A DNA stretch of 64,000 bases from Eledone cirrhosa (lineage: Eukaryota). Where the stretch lies: assembly GCA_964016885.1 (NCBI GenBank), contig OZ024740.1, positions 81,344,001-81,408,000 on the forward strand, given 5' to 3'. Made by a program: the position numbers and the translations under genes. Below, one piece after another: positions 39,025 to 53,600 of this stretch. Below the pieces are notes generated by a model. The model was given only the letters and a program-made list of their open reading frames with translations, was not told the DNA's origin and did no database searches. Positions within the stretch are counted from its first letter, which is position 1; the number at the start of each line of letters is the position of its first letter.

Positions 39025-39140
39025 GGCGTGTGGCTGAGTGGTTAGAGAATTGGATTCGCAATCGTGAGGTTGTGAGTTCGATTCCTGGACCAGGCGATGC
39101 GTTATGTCCTTGAGCAAGACACTTTATTTCACGTTGCTCC
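39022..39140 (+). mobile_element. tRNA-derived SINE (CORE/V-like body), truncated
   Basis: A box TGGCTGAGTGG, B box GAGTTCGATTCC, then TGTCCTTGAGCAAGACACTT. Confidence 0.8.
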
Positions 39141-39269
39141 TTCTACCTGGAGTTGCGACCGATAGATAGTACTAGCAATTGGAAAGACCAACGGAAACAT
39201 TATTTCCTCGGTCCGATTTGACGAAAGTCGATCGTTAAAAAAAAAAAAAAAAGATATATATATATATAG

Positions 39270-40280
39270 AGAGAGAGAGAGGAGGTGAGGCGCAAGTTTG
39301 CATTTAACTCGTTCGTCAATTGTTAAAGTCATAATCAGTCTGCAACACATGAAGACCATTGGTATTAAATTAAATGTTTGTGTATAGGTGTTTCCATGTG
39401 TCTAATTCATCTGATGGTTTAGAGTAAGAAGGCCCTTCCTAATAAAATGTGCCTTCGCTATTCGTAGGTCTACTGCATCTATTTGGTTATGATCCATCAA
39501 CATATTTCAGTGAGGAAATACTGCATTAGTAAGCGTTGCTTTCTCAAAATATTCCTGTATTCTGTTATGCAATTGGTGTTTCGTGGAATCAATATAGTCA
39601 AAAGTGTTTCTGTCTTATTTCCGTTGTATGTTGCTCTTTTCAGGAGCTAGGGATAGGATAAAGGGAAGCAGAAACAGCTGTTTTCTGTTGAATATCGAGC
39701 GTGATGGTATTGTGCAGTTAATTAAATATTTTCATCTTTATTCTACCTCGTCGTTGGAATGAATTTAGCAAACGTGTGTCATCTACGCAATTCCGCTGAG
39801 TAGTGCTTCTCTTTCAGGCTAGCCATCTTTAAAGTTGTCATTGTTCCGTTGAGTCGAGATTCCATCGGAAGGTAACTGACTTACCTGTAGTTGGTGTTTT
39901 TAAATTTAAAGAATGGGTTGTTGGTAGATAAATCCAGGAGCAAGTAGAGACCTGCCAATAGAATGTTTGCGACAAGCCCCTTGTTTCCTCTAGAGGTAGT
40001 GAACTGAGCGTATCATTTCAGCTGGTGGCATGCTGGTGTACATGCAGCGTACATTTAAGTTGTAAGCGTATTTACTATTTTCTACTGCCTTTTTGGTTAT
40101 GTTGTGAAAACGATCTATAAGCTGCCAGCTATATTCGAGGTGTGCTAGTACATGTGCAATTGGTAACCATGCTAGGATCATTTAGGCAGTAGAACTGCAG
40201 CATTGTGGAGCTATATGCAAAGTAGATTTTGTATGTGTGGGGGTGTTTAGTTTCATGCTGTCAATACCGCTTTTCCACAA
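39270..40280 (-). mobile_element. Highly degenerate Penelope-like fragment
   Basis: Minus-strand YIDSTKHQLHNRIQEYF...IAKAHFIRKGLLTLN, same family as 29990-30580; boundaries approximate. Confidence 0.5.
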
Positions 40281-41806
40281 GTTATTGCACTGATTTTCTA
40301 TTCTACACGCGATGGTGTTGTGTGTATATACTGCTTTGTGAGAGGTGTGTTAGGGCATATTTTAACATTAACTCTCACACACTCACATTTCTTCGAAGAA
40401 TAACAAACAATAACACAAAAAAGAATTTAAATTTCGTTTGTTGTATTTTATTTTATACTAGCTTCTCCATCAGCCCCTATAGCTCACTCTTGCTACCTTG
40501 ACGTAAACCACACGTACTAGAAAAAAAACTATACAACCCAATATATACATGAATGAGTGTGTGTTGTGTGTGTATAAGATCTTACGTAATGATGGTATAG
40601 AAGGAGGGACCAAGTGTACTGGTTTAAAAAGTGCATGAACTGTTGGACAAAACATGGCAGATGAGAAGAAAAAGATGGTTGGAGAGCGAATAGAGTTGAG
40701 CGTTAGTATGCAAGTGAAACTTTTGAGTTTGAGTGTGACCTCGTAATTAATTGATCCTTTCAAAAGTACTGATATTAAAAGATACAGTATATTCATTACC
40801 CTGTATTTGTTTTTTTCTTTTTATATATAGGTAAATATCGGCGAAGCATGAAACCCCATATATATGCAATATGGATTTCTGTTCAATGTTCCCCGGCTCA
40901 ATTACCCTGAAACTTTGTTGATGAACACAATGAAACAATGAAAACAATAAAATAAAACATATCTGTATTCAGTATAAATGAATCAATAACAGATTTGAAA
41001 ATTGTAAGCAATGTGTTCACATGTCATGTTTATTAACAGATTTCATTCAGGAAAAACATGTATATAAATGTTCCAACAGAAACCATGGTATACGTTTGGC
41101 ATGGGTTTGTAGAACACCGCCATTCAATGTATCTATACATGTTATATCCAGTTTATGGGAAAATGGGATAATTACTTCTGTCAGAGCATATAAAGAACAA
41201 CGTCACTTTTAGAGTTGTTATTTAAAATGGCATTTGTGAAATCATATGACTTTCCTAATTGCCATCTTCACGTATACCTCAGGACGGCCAAAGATAAATA
41301 AATATCAGGTATTTATGTTTTTATTGAAGGTTTCTAATATATTATCTGGTTCGATGGAATTTTACATGACAATTACGTGTGGGTGTTTATTACAGACCTT
41401 TTACACAAAAATGTCTCATTGAAAATCATTTTGAACACTGAGTAATGTTATGCACATAAATTTGTAGTCGACAAGCGTAGCTAAACATAGCGTACAATGA
41501 AATTTTATTGTGTTAGAAATAGCGATATTTCACCTTGTATTATACAAAACAACCTATTAATGAAATGATCTTAGAAAGAGTGCTACAATATGGTAAACTT
41601 TACAGTAATTGAATTTATAATTTCAGACATAGAATTCAAATCAGCACGTATGATTGTGAAATCGATAAAATCCTATGTGTTTTCTATTGATTGCTTTTTA
41701 AAAATATATAAATATATAACCAACATTCTACATAGTAATTTAAAATGAATTACGCACGTCTTTAAAAGTACGCCACTTACAAACAGCTTACACTAAACAC
41801 ACGCTC

Positions 41807-41846
<40 letters not shown>

Positions 41847-42489
41847 ATGTTTGTGTGTTTGTACACATACGTACACCTACTCGAACCAACATAGACATCT
41901 ATATATAACTATATATGTGTTTATATGTTTGTGTGTACTTGCGTTTGACCATATACATCTGTAAACCGAGAAACATTTATTCTAGAAACGCTATGAAATT
42001 AAAAAGAAACAATGAATTATACAATAAAATACGACAAAATCAAAATGAGATAGTAAATTTAATTAAGATATTCAAAATTATAAATTCTATATGTAAAATC
42101 AATTTTCTGTTACTATCGAGAATATAATGATTAAAACCGAAATGAAGCTGTAACACTTCATTAATAACAGGATTATTGCGATTTAAACGATTATTAAACT
42201 GTCTTCATATTCTCTGAGGCAAGGCCATATATTTACTCATTCAACTGTGAATGGTTTGATGGAATATGTACATAAACTCTCTTTCATCACAATTTCTATC
42301 ATCAACAAAGTTTGGCATTCAGAAAATATTAATAATCTTTGCTCGCACAAAGATTATTTCACGATTAATCTGAAGTACACAGGCGATATATAAATACGAG
42401 TTATTTAACTTTTATTATTACAAAAATGTCATGAAAATTTAAACAGGAGTATTGGCATTCTATATAGTTATCATCACATATTTAGTGTG

Positions 42490-43290
42490 AAAGCCTTTCA
42501 CTAAAATAAATTATTAGAACACCTGTAGTAGGTGTGATATTACCACTAGTCACGTTGCTAGAGATCATGGCAATAGTGTCAACTTGGCCATTGCTGATAG
42601 ACAGCCAACGGTCAATGGAGTAACCATTGCTATTTCTGTCCATTTTGTATGGTTGGTAGATACATCGTGGTTTCCATTGGTACTCACGTCTTTCCTGCTG
42701 CAACCGTTCGCTCCATAGGTGCATAGGTGAGGGCTTCAGTGCCGGTGTGTCAGGTCTGATAGTCGCGTGTGTTACTCCCGACAAGAATTGTAGCAGGAGT
42801 ATGGTTCCACATTTCGAGTCTAGGTTAACTGCATTCGGGACGTCACGTCTATTGAACATAGCGGGTTCAATGTAAACTACTCTGGTTAATTCCTTGCTGT
42901 AATATTCGGTATACTGGTCGAATATTTCAGCATTAATCGACAGAGGTGATACTCTGTCGGATACACTTCTAACGATGGGTTTTAATACTGTCCTAGTGTG
43001 GTTCGAATGGTTATTTGCACAAGGGAGAACTTCGTGTAGCTTGTATTATGATCGGTACAGTCGATAGGCCAATTTTAATGTAACGTCAAGAAGTTTGAAT
43101 TTATATCGCTATGTCTACTCCTAAGCCTATTACGTTCTCTTTCTAGCTGGCTTGTATTGTGATTTTGGACGGTAAAGAGGGCATCGTGTCTCTGCAGTCC
43201 ACCTCCACCTCTGAGAACTCCATACTGGAGTAAGTAGATTCCTATGTCCTGGATCTTTTTCCAAATCACTAGATTCCATCCATGTAATAT
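42490..43290 (-). mobile_element. Degenerate Penelope-like RT fragment
   Basis: DIGIYLL..GGGLQRHDALFTV and RVSPLSINAEIFDQYTEYY align with DLVGIY..GGIYRDDAL and RISRLSSNQQTF of the better-preserved PLEs in this window. Confidence 0.6.
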
Positions 43291-45328
43291 TTGCTCCGAG
43301 TAGACTATAAACATACTGTTTACGACTGCAAGACCGAACTCAATATATCATGTAGACATTGGATATATAAACCCGAACATGACCCCAAGTTCAAGACCAG
43401 TTGCTTATATTACCCCTATACACATCCATACAGAAACGGGCGTTGTGTATCTCTATCAACTACACACTTCAAATTCATTAACACTCTTTTTACAAAGCAC
43501 CTAACACAACAAACCACACCCGTACACAAATCTATGACATTTGTATTGCAGAACCATAAATAATTACCAATTACCTAAGTTATAGACAAAAGCTGACACC
43601 AACCTCATAAACATGAATTTTTGTACAACAATTATCTAGATGTTCAAATAAGTCCTTTCCATTTCAATCACACGATGTATAACTTTATAACCTTTTATAA
43701 TGTCACCCTTGCATTCTACCCCTTAATTGTGTGTTCTCATTTCAGAACGCCACTTGTTAGTACCCCTTTGATTATATATATATAAAATCAAACTGAAGAG
43801 CTCAAGCTAAGGATAAATTATTAATTGCATAATCGGTGAGGCTCTATCACCTCAGCGGACTTTTCTATAGTTATAGTACACGCGAATATTAAGTGCATTG
43901 ATTTTACTATACACACAAGATACACCTTTCGAGGTAGGTATCGTCTACTACTTGAATATATTGGCTCTGTTATAAATAATAACCATCTGTAGATGAAATG
44001 GAGACAAATAGTAATCGCTACATATGTTATCGACGTGCAAGAAGTAATAAACACACCTTACTCAAGTGAAGCACTACCAAACTAAAAGATGGAATGGCAC
44101 ATTGGGTATTGTAGTATACAGAATACTGTTATCTGTCGCTAAGTCTAAATCAACAAAATCAATCGGAGCAAACAAACAACGTGAAAGAATTTACAGTGCG
44201 GCTACCCCGAAAGGTGTTGAACTTAAAAGTCAAAAAGGGTTATATATTTCACAATATAGTTAAAGATATATTGCTTCTGAAAATAAAATGAACTGAATAT
44301 ATTAATATTTTTATCATATTCTACACCATGTCATGCATTTCCTTGGCTTCTCTAATGTAATGCAAGAATATTGTGCAACATACATTGTAATAAATCTCAA
44401 TCACCCATATAATATTACAGCTAGATATTATATTCAACGTTATCCGATTAAATGTCCAGTCGAAAAGAATTTGGTTTAAAAACAAATACGTATGGATGAT
44501 TAAACGTAATACTCAATTGCATGGCATCGTCTACAATAGATTCCGTGTTTCATAAGTATAAAGATACAAGGGGACATATCTTTTTTTGTATTAAGCTTGA
44601 TATATATGCGACAAATAAATAATATCATTATATTTAAGATTGTCTACGCTTTGGTGCTGGATTTTAAGATACAATCTAAATACATGGATTGTCCTGTTGC
44701 TGACATAAGAAGAAATAAAATACTGTTGAGGATATTATTGGATTTGCTAAAACGAAGATGTGAAATAAATGATAAAAGTTAAATGTTAAGATTCTAACGT
44801 AGGTTAGCGTACGCATCAGAAAAAGAATATATCAAGGAGAGAGCTCTCATTTTTTAAACGTCTATAATAACAAACATCATTAATTCAGTCTTTCGTTAAT
44901 TCTTTTTTTTTTATGCATTCATTAGTAACATATTGACTGTCTTACCGCAACATATATTTCGAACAGATCCACCGTCATTTTTATCGCAATGCACATTTCA
45001 TTGAATCATTGTGTATACCAGAATTCAAAATGTGTAAACCGCAAGAAATGTTATACTGAATGTTATACAAGAAATGTTATAACTGTGAAAACGTTACAAA
45101 AGGTTGATTTATCTTTAAACTTAAAATTAAATGAAAATACGCCTCTTCCAAACATTTCATTGATAATAAATATATTAATACAACATTGTAAATACATATA
45201 ATGAGTCAGCGGCACAATTCAAAAGAAAGCAATGGCACTGAAATAATTCCCATCGGGCTGTACTTACAAGTCGGCATAGCCACACATTTTGCCGTTTCTG
45301 TCAAAGTTTTGAAATCATGAAACTTGTG

Positions 45329-45576
<248 letters not shown>

Positions 45577-45765
45577 TAAAGAACGAGCAATCATTAATGC
45601 ATCAAAGCACAATTTATTGTCATACTACATATGTTTCTCCGTCGATCAGCGCGAGGCAGGATTTGTAACAGATCGAATCCGACTCTGCATTCGAAGGTTC
45701 TTCAGATATGTCTTGTCTTGTGCGTTCAAACATCTATATATATATATAGACATACACAATTTTAA

Positions 45766-45824
<59 letters not shown>

Positions 45825-46118
45825 CTTAAAGAGAGAGATGGAATTAGGAGAGGAGATAGGAGAGGAGAAGAGAGATTGGTGAATTAGTTAGAAGCCAAAG
45901 TGTAAAGACATGTGCTCAATGTGCAATACGCAGTGGAAGGCAGCTAGGTGGCTGGGTTCATGTAGAGGTTAGGTGCACAGAGATGGAAATATTCATTAGT
46001 TAAGCAAAACAAGACCACAAATTTCACAAGGAAGACATTATTAAAAGATTGTCAACATAGTTTTAGTTTAATGTAAGGAATGTAGAGAATAATAATAATA
46101 TTAATAATAATAATGTCC

Positions 46119-46237
46119 GTTTACAATTGTTTCGCTACTCCAAATAATATTTCTGGATCAAATGATTATATATCATTATTGATCTGGTTCAGTTGAAAAT
46201 AATTAACTTAGGTACAATTAGAGCAGCTCATCGGAAC
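46119..46237 (-). ncRNA. Hammerhead motif with long helix II (inverted pLTR copy)
   Basis: Reverse complement of 48701-48819. Confidence 0.6.
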
Positions 46238-46519
46238 TTCAAAAGGAATATAAATTAAAATAAGGAAAGAATGTCACATGAATGTAATGTTCCATATATC
46301 GGTATTTCACTATGGTGTCCTGGGTATATCTATTGTCTGCCATAGTCGAGCAGTATTCTTCTGTCGAGGCTGCATTGTGTGAGATATGCCTATGGGTAAC
46401 AAGATGGCCGCCAATGGACATATTTAACTTACTAATTAGAGGGAGGTTTCAGGGGAAGTAACTCCTTGAGAAAGTAGAAATTGTGGGTAGTTTATAGTTA
46501 AGAATTGCTAATTTTTTAA

Positions 46520-48347
46520 TTGCTTAACACCGGCCAAGTCATTAGATGGTTCTCCGATCTAAGGTCCAAGGAATCTATGAGGTTCCTCCAATTTGACATT
46601 GACAGCTTTTACGCTTCAATAACCCCGGAACTGCTCAACAGAGCATTAACACTAGCCAGCACCAACTCTGACATCACCAATAATGAAACTGACATCATAC
46701 TTATGGCTAGACCGACCATCATTGAATTCAACGGAGCACTCTGGGGTAGAAAAGACAGAACAGACAACTTTGACATCACTATGGCCTCAAGGGACTCTGC
46801 GCAAATCACCGATTTAGTTGGAATTTACCTATTACATAACACCAGAGCTGAAATCCAACCCTTGCAAGGCGGAATATACAGAGACGACGCCCTATTTGCA
46901 GTCCACAATTGCACTATTCGAGGCATTGACTTGCTCAAAAAACAATTACATAGATTCTTTAAAAATAACGGTATCTCTATCACCATCGACCCGAACGATA
47001 AAATAGTAAACTTCCTAGACGTTACCCTAGATCTTAACAATAACCTATATTACCCTTATCATAAACCAGGTGAAATACTTACATATATTATCCCACACTC
47101 TAACCACCCACCGGCAGTCATCTGAGCAGTAATCAAATCTATCTCGTATAGGATCTCCATGCTATCAGCAAATTAGGAGATATTTATAAACCATGCGGCA
47201 TATTATAATAAGGCTTTTTCTGAATCTGGTTATGAACAGTCCATTTACTACATACCTAAATGCCATAACACAGCACTTCACCACAACCATAATACACTTA
47301 ACACTAGAACTAGAAATACCTTAGCATATAGCCAGATTCGCCGGAATGTTAGCCGTAACAGCACCTATACAGGGAAACTTAATGGTGGCAGTGGCCTACT
47401 TTCCACTCCAGGTAGCAAACTAAAAATCAACCCTAGAATAGGAATGATCAATGGGATGACAAATAACAAATGCCCAGGTAATAATAACCCCATGAAGGCC
47501 CCTACCAACTTCACTATAACCCCTAGAAAGAATATACCTAGAAATAACACCTGGTTTAACCCCCCCCCCATTCTCATCTAATCTAGCCACTAATATCCCT
47601 AAACGCTTCGTCTCTATCCTATCTAAACATAGATATTACAAACTCTTCAATAAAAACAACATTAAAATCTCATTCTCCACAACATCTAACCTAGATGGCC
47701 ACATCGCATTCAGTAACCATCATAAACTAAGACAGTACCACACCGCGGTACCACCACCCCCATCAAATACACCACGCCACTACACCAATACTTACTCTAG
47801 TAGCACACCTCCCCCATCTAATCCTTCTAGCATGGAATAACCGCATAGTTTAAACAACCCTACTCTCACTAACCGCAGAAGTAACTGCAACTGCCGTTAC
47901 CCTAATTAATGCCCACTAAATAGACATTGCCTGACACCCAATATAGTTTATAGGTGCACAGTTAAAACTGCTTCGCATACCAGCTCCTATATCGGCCCTA
48001 CCTCTAACCCTTTTAAGGTACGCTATAACGCGCACTCTTTTTCCTTCCGAGACCCTAACAACAAATGTTCGACATCTCTAGCTAGGCTCATTAAAAACCT
48101 TAAATTAACCAACATTGAACACTCACTAACATGGGATATCTTGGGTAGGGCCCACCCGTTCAATGGACGAAGAAACTCTTGTGACTTCTGTCTTACCGAA
48201 GCATATTACATAACTCTATCACGACCTCTACCGATTAACGATAGAACGGAGGTAACTATTAGCTGTCAACATCGAAGGGCTAATTCCTTCGTCAACAGAA
48301 TATTTGACCCAACAGAATCATCTAGACCCATTTTTACTTATAGCTAA
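46520..48347 (+). pseudogene. PLE RT + GIY-YIG ORF, disrupted (tentatively Nematis-like)
   Basis: ORFs 46520-47125 and 48141-48347 plus intervening frames with stops. Confidence 0.85.
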
Positions 48348-48700
48348 TAAGTTAAATAGTTATAGCTAACTTAGATAATTATAAGTTACCTCCCTTACAT
48401 TGTCTCTCAATTAAAAAAATAAAAAATTAGCCCTTCTTAACTATAAACTACCCACAATTTCTAATTTCTCAAGGAGTTACTTCCCCTGAAACCACCCTCT
48501 AATTAGTAAGGTAGATATGTCCATTGGCGGCCATCTTATTACCCATAGGCAGATCTCATATGATGCAGCCTTGAGAGAAGAATACTGCTCGACTATGGCA
48601 GACACTATATATACCCAGGACACCATAGTGAAATACCAATATATGGAATATTACATTCATGTAACATTCTTTCCTTATTTTAATTTATATTCCTTTTGAA

Positions 48701-48819
48701 GTTCCGATGAGCTGCTCTAATTGTACCTAAGTTAATTATTTTCGACTGAACCAGATCAATAATGATCTATAATCATTTGATCCAGAAACATTATATGGAG
48801 TAGCGAAACAATTGTAAAC
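48701..48819 (+). ncRNA. Hammerhead motif with long helix II
   Basis: gtt-CCGATGA-gctgctc[~80 nt]gagtagc-GAAA-caattg-TA-aac; variant core, palindromic helix III. Confidence 0.6.
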
Positions 48820-49114
48820 GGACATTATTATTATTAATATTATTATTATTATTATTCTCTACATTCCTTATATCAAACTAAAACTATGTTGACAATCTTT
48901 TAATAATGTCTTCCTTGTGAAATTTGTGGTCTTGTTTTGCTTAACTAATGAATATATATATATATCCCCTCCACTTTTCTCCTGATGAAGGGATCATGCA
49001 CGAAACGTCGGCCCCCAACCCCACTCTCAAGCGTGAACCTGATACTAACACTTTTTACTACACTATTCGTTATTGTATTTGTTTTCTGTTTTAACTTATA
49101 TATATATATATATG

Positions 49115-50200
49115 ATAACAAGATATCGTTATAGGTAATCCAGTTAGATGTTGTGAGTACTCTGCGTTGTGGATAGTTTTAACGTGCGGCTTTCTTTGAC
49201 TCAACAAGATGCTTCCATAGTTATGCAGCGAGTTCGCGGCAATTTCTATGCAGGTTGTACTTGAAGCAATAAAAGTTAAAGAATGAAGAGTAACATGGTT
49301 GGCTGTACAATAAGGGCTTTATTTAAAGTACTGACAATTGTTTAGTTGATCAGGTGAGTTTAGAGTTCGCTAATTGCCCGAGGTTGCGTCAATCGATCTC
49401 CAATACATTATTTACCTCTGGTCAACACATCACAGTACGTAGATGTACGTAGATATGAAAGTGATTCACTCGAGGCAAGACTTATATAGAAAAATAGTGT
49501 ATAATCAAAACAATAACAACAATAATATAATAGCGTATAATCAAACAATAACATCAATAATAAAACATCTATGGTAAATAGGTAGAGAAGTTACAGATGT
49601 AAAACGTAAAAAGTAAAATATAAGATAGGGTACATTAAAAAATAAGAAAATGAGACAAAGGAAAATATAAAGAAATAAATAAGTGAGCGCGTGTAAGTAT
49701 ATAGTAGTAGTTTTTGAGTAAGTGTTCTTCTAACGATTCACTGGTGAATTTAGTGCTAACATGAGAAATCAGGTTCGAGATGTACATAGATACGTGTAGA
49801 GGGTCCGGTAAAAGAAAAGACAATAAATTAGAGATTAATTAGCAGGATACATGTATGATATTTATGAGCTAGGGATGACTGGATATTTGATAAACGCTTG
49901 TTATAAATGTTTTGCTGATTGTTCTATATTAATGGGGTTGATGCTGTTTCAGGGAGAGAGGGTGAAAGAAATGTTCAGAGATTTATGATCCAGTGACCAG
50001 ATGGCCGTTTGAAAGCTAATAGCAGTGCGATCGTGTGTATTCTATATGTTAAAATCTAGATGGTTCAGTACTAATTTTGGGATTGCTGGTTCAAATCATG
50101 GTGGTTTGAAGTTTGTGAATCTAGTAGCTGTTTTATGCCTACAGGAAATAGATCTTTTTATTTTACTGTTAAGCAGCATCTCATCGTACTCCCCAGACGT
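49115..50200 (-). mobile_element. Penelope-like 3' fragment, inverted relative of 34740-35735
   Basis: For example ATAACAAGATATCGTTATAGGTAATCCAGTTAG matches the reverse complement of 35700-35732. Confidence 0.7.
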
Positions 50201-50562
50201 GGAACCTATGTAGTGCCAAGTAGAATTGCCTGAATTCACAGTAAACAGGTATACCATACTCGAATCCAGGCATCTCAGCCGTAGTGGGCACTTATCCGGT
50301 AGGTGGCAATTACAATTTGAGGATTTATTTTGTAAATCTTCATCGTTGTGGTTTTGTAAGTTGTTGTGTGTTTATGAATTTTACTTATCTTTATATATAT
50401 TTATTTTATTTTTTCGACGCGTTTTCCTACGTACCCTCTCAATTATATATAGTTTGTCATGTTACTACTTATGGTATATAAATATTGAGTTTTGTCATAA
50501 CTAATCACTGCCAAGACTGGAATTGAATCATCAGCACAGTTGCGGTATGTCAGACATCAATT

Positions 50563-50628
50563 TATTTTATCTGATGAGGACGTACTGAGGTAACAGCACA
50601 GTACCTCTTAAATATATATAATAAAATA
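50563..50628 (+). ncRNA. Hammerhead motif in the 5' pLTR (GAAA mutated to TAAA)
   Basis: tattttat-CTGATGA-..-TAAA-tatata-TA-ataaaata. Confidence 0.6.
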
Positions 50629-53600
50629 TATTTGATCACCTGAATGTCTATAATTATTAATATTTTAAAGTAATATTAATAACTCAAGAAAACTTTTTTG
50701 TTGAGTGCTTCTAATCTATTGTAAAACTATATTCATTGATTAATCAATGAACCTTGTTTAACTTTTGGTCATATTTAGCTCCCTGAAGATAGAGCGCTTA
50801 TTCTACAATAGATTATCAATTAATAAATGATGGAATTCTTTAGGTTCTCTACATCTCGCAAAGATATACCTTTACCATCTAATGAGAAATACATGAGAAA
50901 TCTTATTGGACAAACAAACTCCTTCACAAGAGACTGTGGTGGCGTGCTTTTCATTTCGAGAAGAAAGAAACAAATAGGAAAAACAACAACAGTAATTTTG
51001 AAAATATCTTTAAATCCAGGAAAAACCTTCATATAACAAACTCCTGGAAAATGTTGAAAGTGAAATTTTTAATATATTAAGAGGATAACATTTAAGAAAA
51101 ACCCATATAAAGGCCAGATATACCTTAGAAGTCTGAGAGAAAAAAATTATTGATATGAAAAAAGTAAATAAAATATTGGTGAAATCAGACAAAACCAACA
51201 ACTTATATGGGATAGAAAAAACAGAATATAAGGACTTAATTTTAAAAGAATTGAGAAATAATTACAGAAAGGCTCCGGCTGAAGATCTAGTAGATATCAA
51301 TAATGATGCGTTTGAAATAATCGCCAAACTCGGAATTGAAAGGAAGACCGAACCCAAGGCAACCGCGGATAAATTTTAAAGAGGACTTGCCTGTTAGACT
51401 TATCGCACCTTCTAAGTCGGGCATTGGAGTAATTAGTAAAGACATAATAGATAGAATTTTTCCAACATTAAAATTGAAGTCAAAGCTTAACTTATGGAAG
51501 GACACTAGTGAAGTCATAGATTGGTTTAGGAACATTGAAAATAAGAAAAATCATAAATGTATTCAAATGGACATAGCGAGTTACTACTCATCTATAACAC
51601 CTAATCTTTTGAATAATGCTTTATCTTACGCATATAAACACACTGATCTATCTAGTGAGGAGATTAATATCATTTTAACGACTAGACGAAGCTTGATTAA
51701 TTTTAATAATGAATTTTGGACTCGTTCTGATAGGCAGAAGAATTTCGACATTACCATGGGATCGTCCGATTCTGCGCAGGTTACCGATCTTCTGTGAATT
51801 TTTATCCTTAATATGATAAATAGAAAACTGCCGGAAATTACCAGCGGTTTATATAGAGATGATATATTATTTACTGTAGTTAAACATAGTAATAGTGAAC
51901 TAAATAGAGCAAAGAAAACAATTATAGAATTCTTTAAAAATTACGACCTGAAATTATAAGTAGAAGGTAACAGTAAAGTAGTTAACTTCCTAGATGTCAC
52001 CCTCAATTTAAATTCAGGCCTATATTACCCGTTCCATAAACCCAATGAAAACCTAAATTATGTTAGTTTTTATTCCAATCATCCTAAATGTGTTAAAAAT
52101 GCAATAGTCAATAGTGTTCAACAACGTTTAACTAGATTATGTGCTAACAAATCCATTTTTAATAGTAAAGCTGGATATTATAATGATGCAGTGCATAAGG
52201 CAGGATATACAAATAATATTGAATATCTAGAAAATAATAATTGTAATTATAAACTAAATAATAATAGGAAATATATAAATAAAGCAGACTGTAAAAATAA
52301 AAATAAAAATAATATAAATATAAATAAAAATACCAATTTCGTGAATAAATCGGGGAAAAAATTAGAACTAGATCTGTTATTTGGTATGCCCCACCAGCAT
52401 CTTTAGCTATTAAAACAACCTTAGCACAATTATTTTTTAAAGCATTAGATAAATGTTTCCCTAGAACACATACATATCAGTCTATCTTCAATAGACACAC
52501 AGTTAAGATATCTTACTCAACAACAATGAATATGGCTCAAAATATTGCAAAAATAAATAGCAGAATTCTTAGTTATAACCATCAGATAATTAGTGATAAT
52601 GACAATATTAATAATAATAATACTATAGTTACAGAGAATAACAATAAAATTCATTTAAGCACTTACAGTAGAACACCTACATATATTAGCAATGATAATG
52701 CGAACAGTTTAGATTATAGAAATAACATGAAATCGAACTGTAACTGTAGAAGAAAATCTGAATGCCCTTTGCAAAATAACTGCCTTGAAAGAACTTAGTA
52801 TATAAATGTACCGTTAAAGCAAATAATAATATTACCTATAACTACATAGGTGCAACTTCATCGAACTTTAAACTGATATTTTCCAATCAGAACCATTCGT
52901 TTTCTAATCCGGATAAGAAATTGTCTACTTCTTTATCACAATTTATATGGTCTTTAAAAAAGAAAAATATAAAATACTCAATATTTTGGTATAAACTTCG
53001 AAACCGTGAAGGTTATCGGAATAATTCTATCTCACCTAATTGCAATCTTTGCAATACTGAGATTAATAATTGCTAATTATGGTAATTTAATTAATAAAAA
53101 GGTGAGTTATTCTCAAATTGCCTCCATAAATCTGCATCAACATTTCAAGCATCATATAAAATTAGGAAAAAACATTGACTGAGTGAGAAAAGATATTGAC
53201 TCTTATTAATAATTCTTGTAATGCTTTTATTATTGCTATTATTGATATTGTGTATAATGTTTCTACCTCATCTTAGGAAATGTATACCTTCTCTTTAAAA
53301 GAGTATGATAATGTCTTGATTGTTTAAATAACTTTAGTTCGATTTAGAATCCTCTTTTTAAATCCTGTATTTTATAAATTTGAGATCTGTAATATCTCCA
53401 GACTCTTAAACCGTTTAATTAATTTAAACGTTTGAATACGTCGTACGGAGATATTGTTTACATTTATCGTATATAAGTTTCGTTTTATCTAAATTGAGTT
53501 AATAATCTGTATTTAACTTGATTTATAGTATTGAATACAGTAAAATTTGGTTGAATCGAAATAATAATACTCTCAAGTGTAATTATAACTAATAATTAAT

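Larger units (their letters stand above)
45989..48955 (+). mobile_element. Penelope-like element 1, 5'-truncated, with ~530-bp inverted pseudo-LTRs
   Basis: 45989-46519 is the reverse complement of ~48421-48955; internal RT (QFDIDSFY, GGIYRDD, NFLD, SNHP), CNC..CPL..C linker and VY..YIG (GIY-YIG). Confidence 0.9.

Noticed and set aside
39022-39092. tRNA gene
   Set aside because: A and B boxes are present but there is no proper acceptor stem and it runs into a SINE body.
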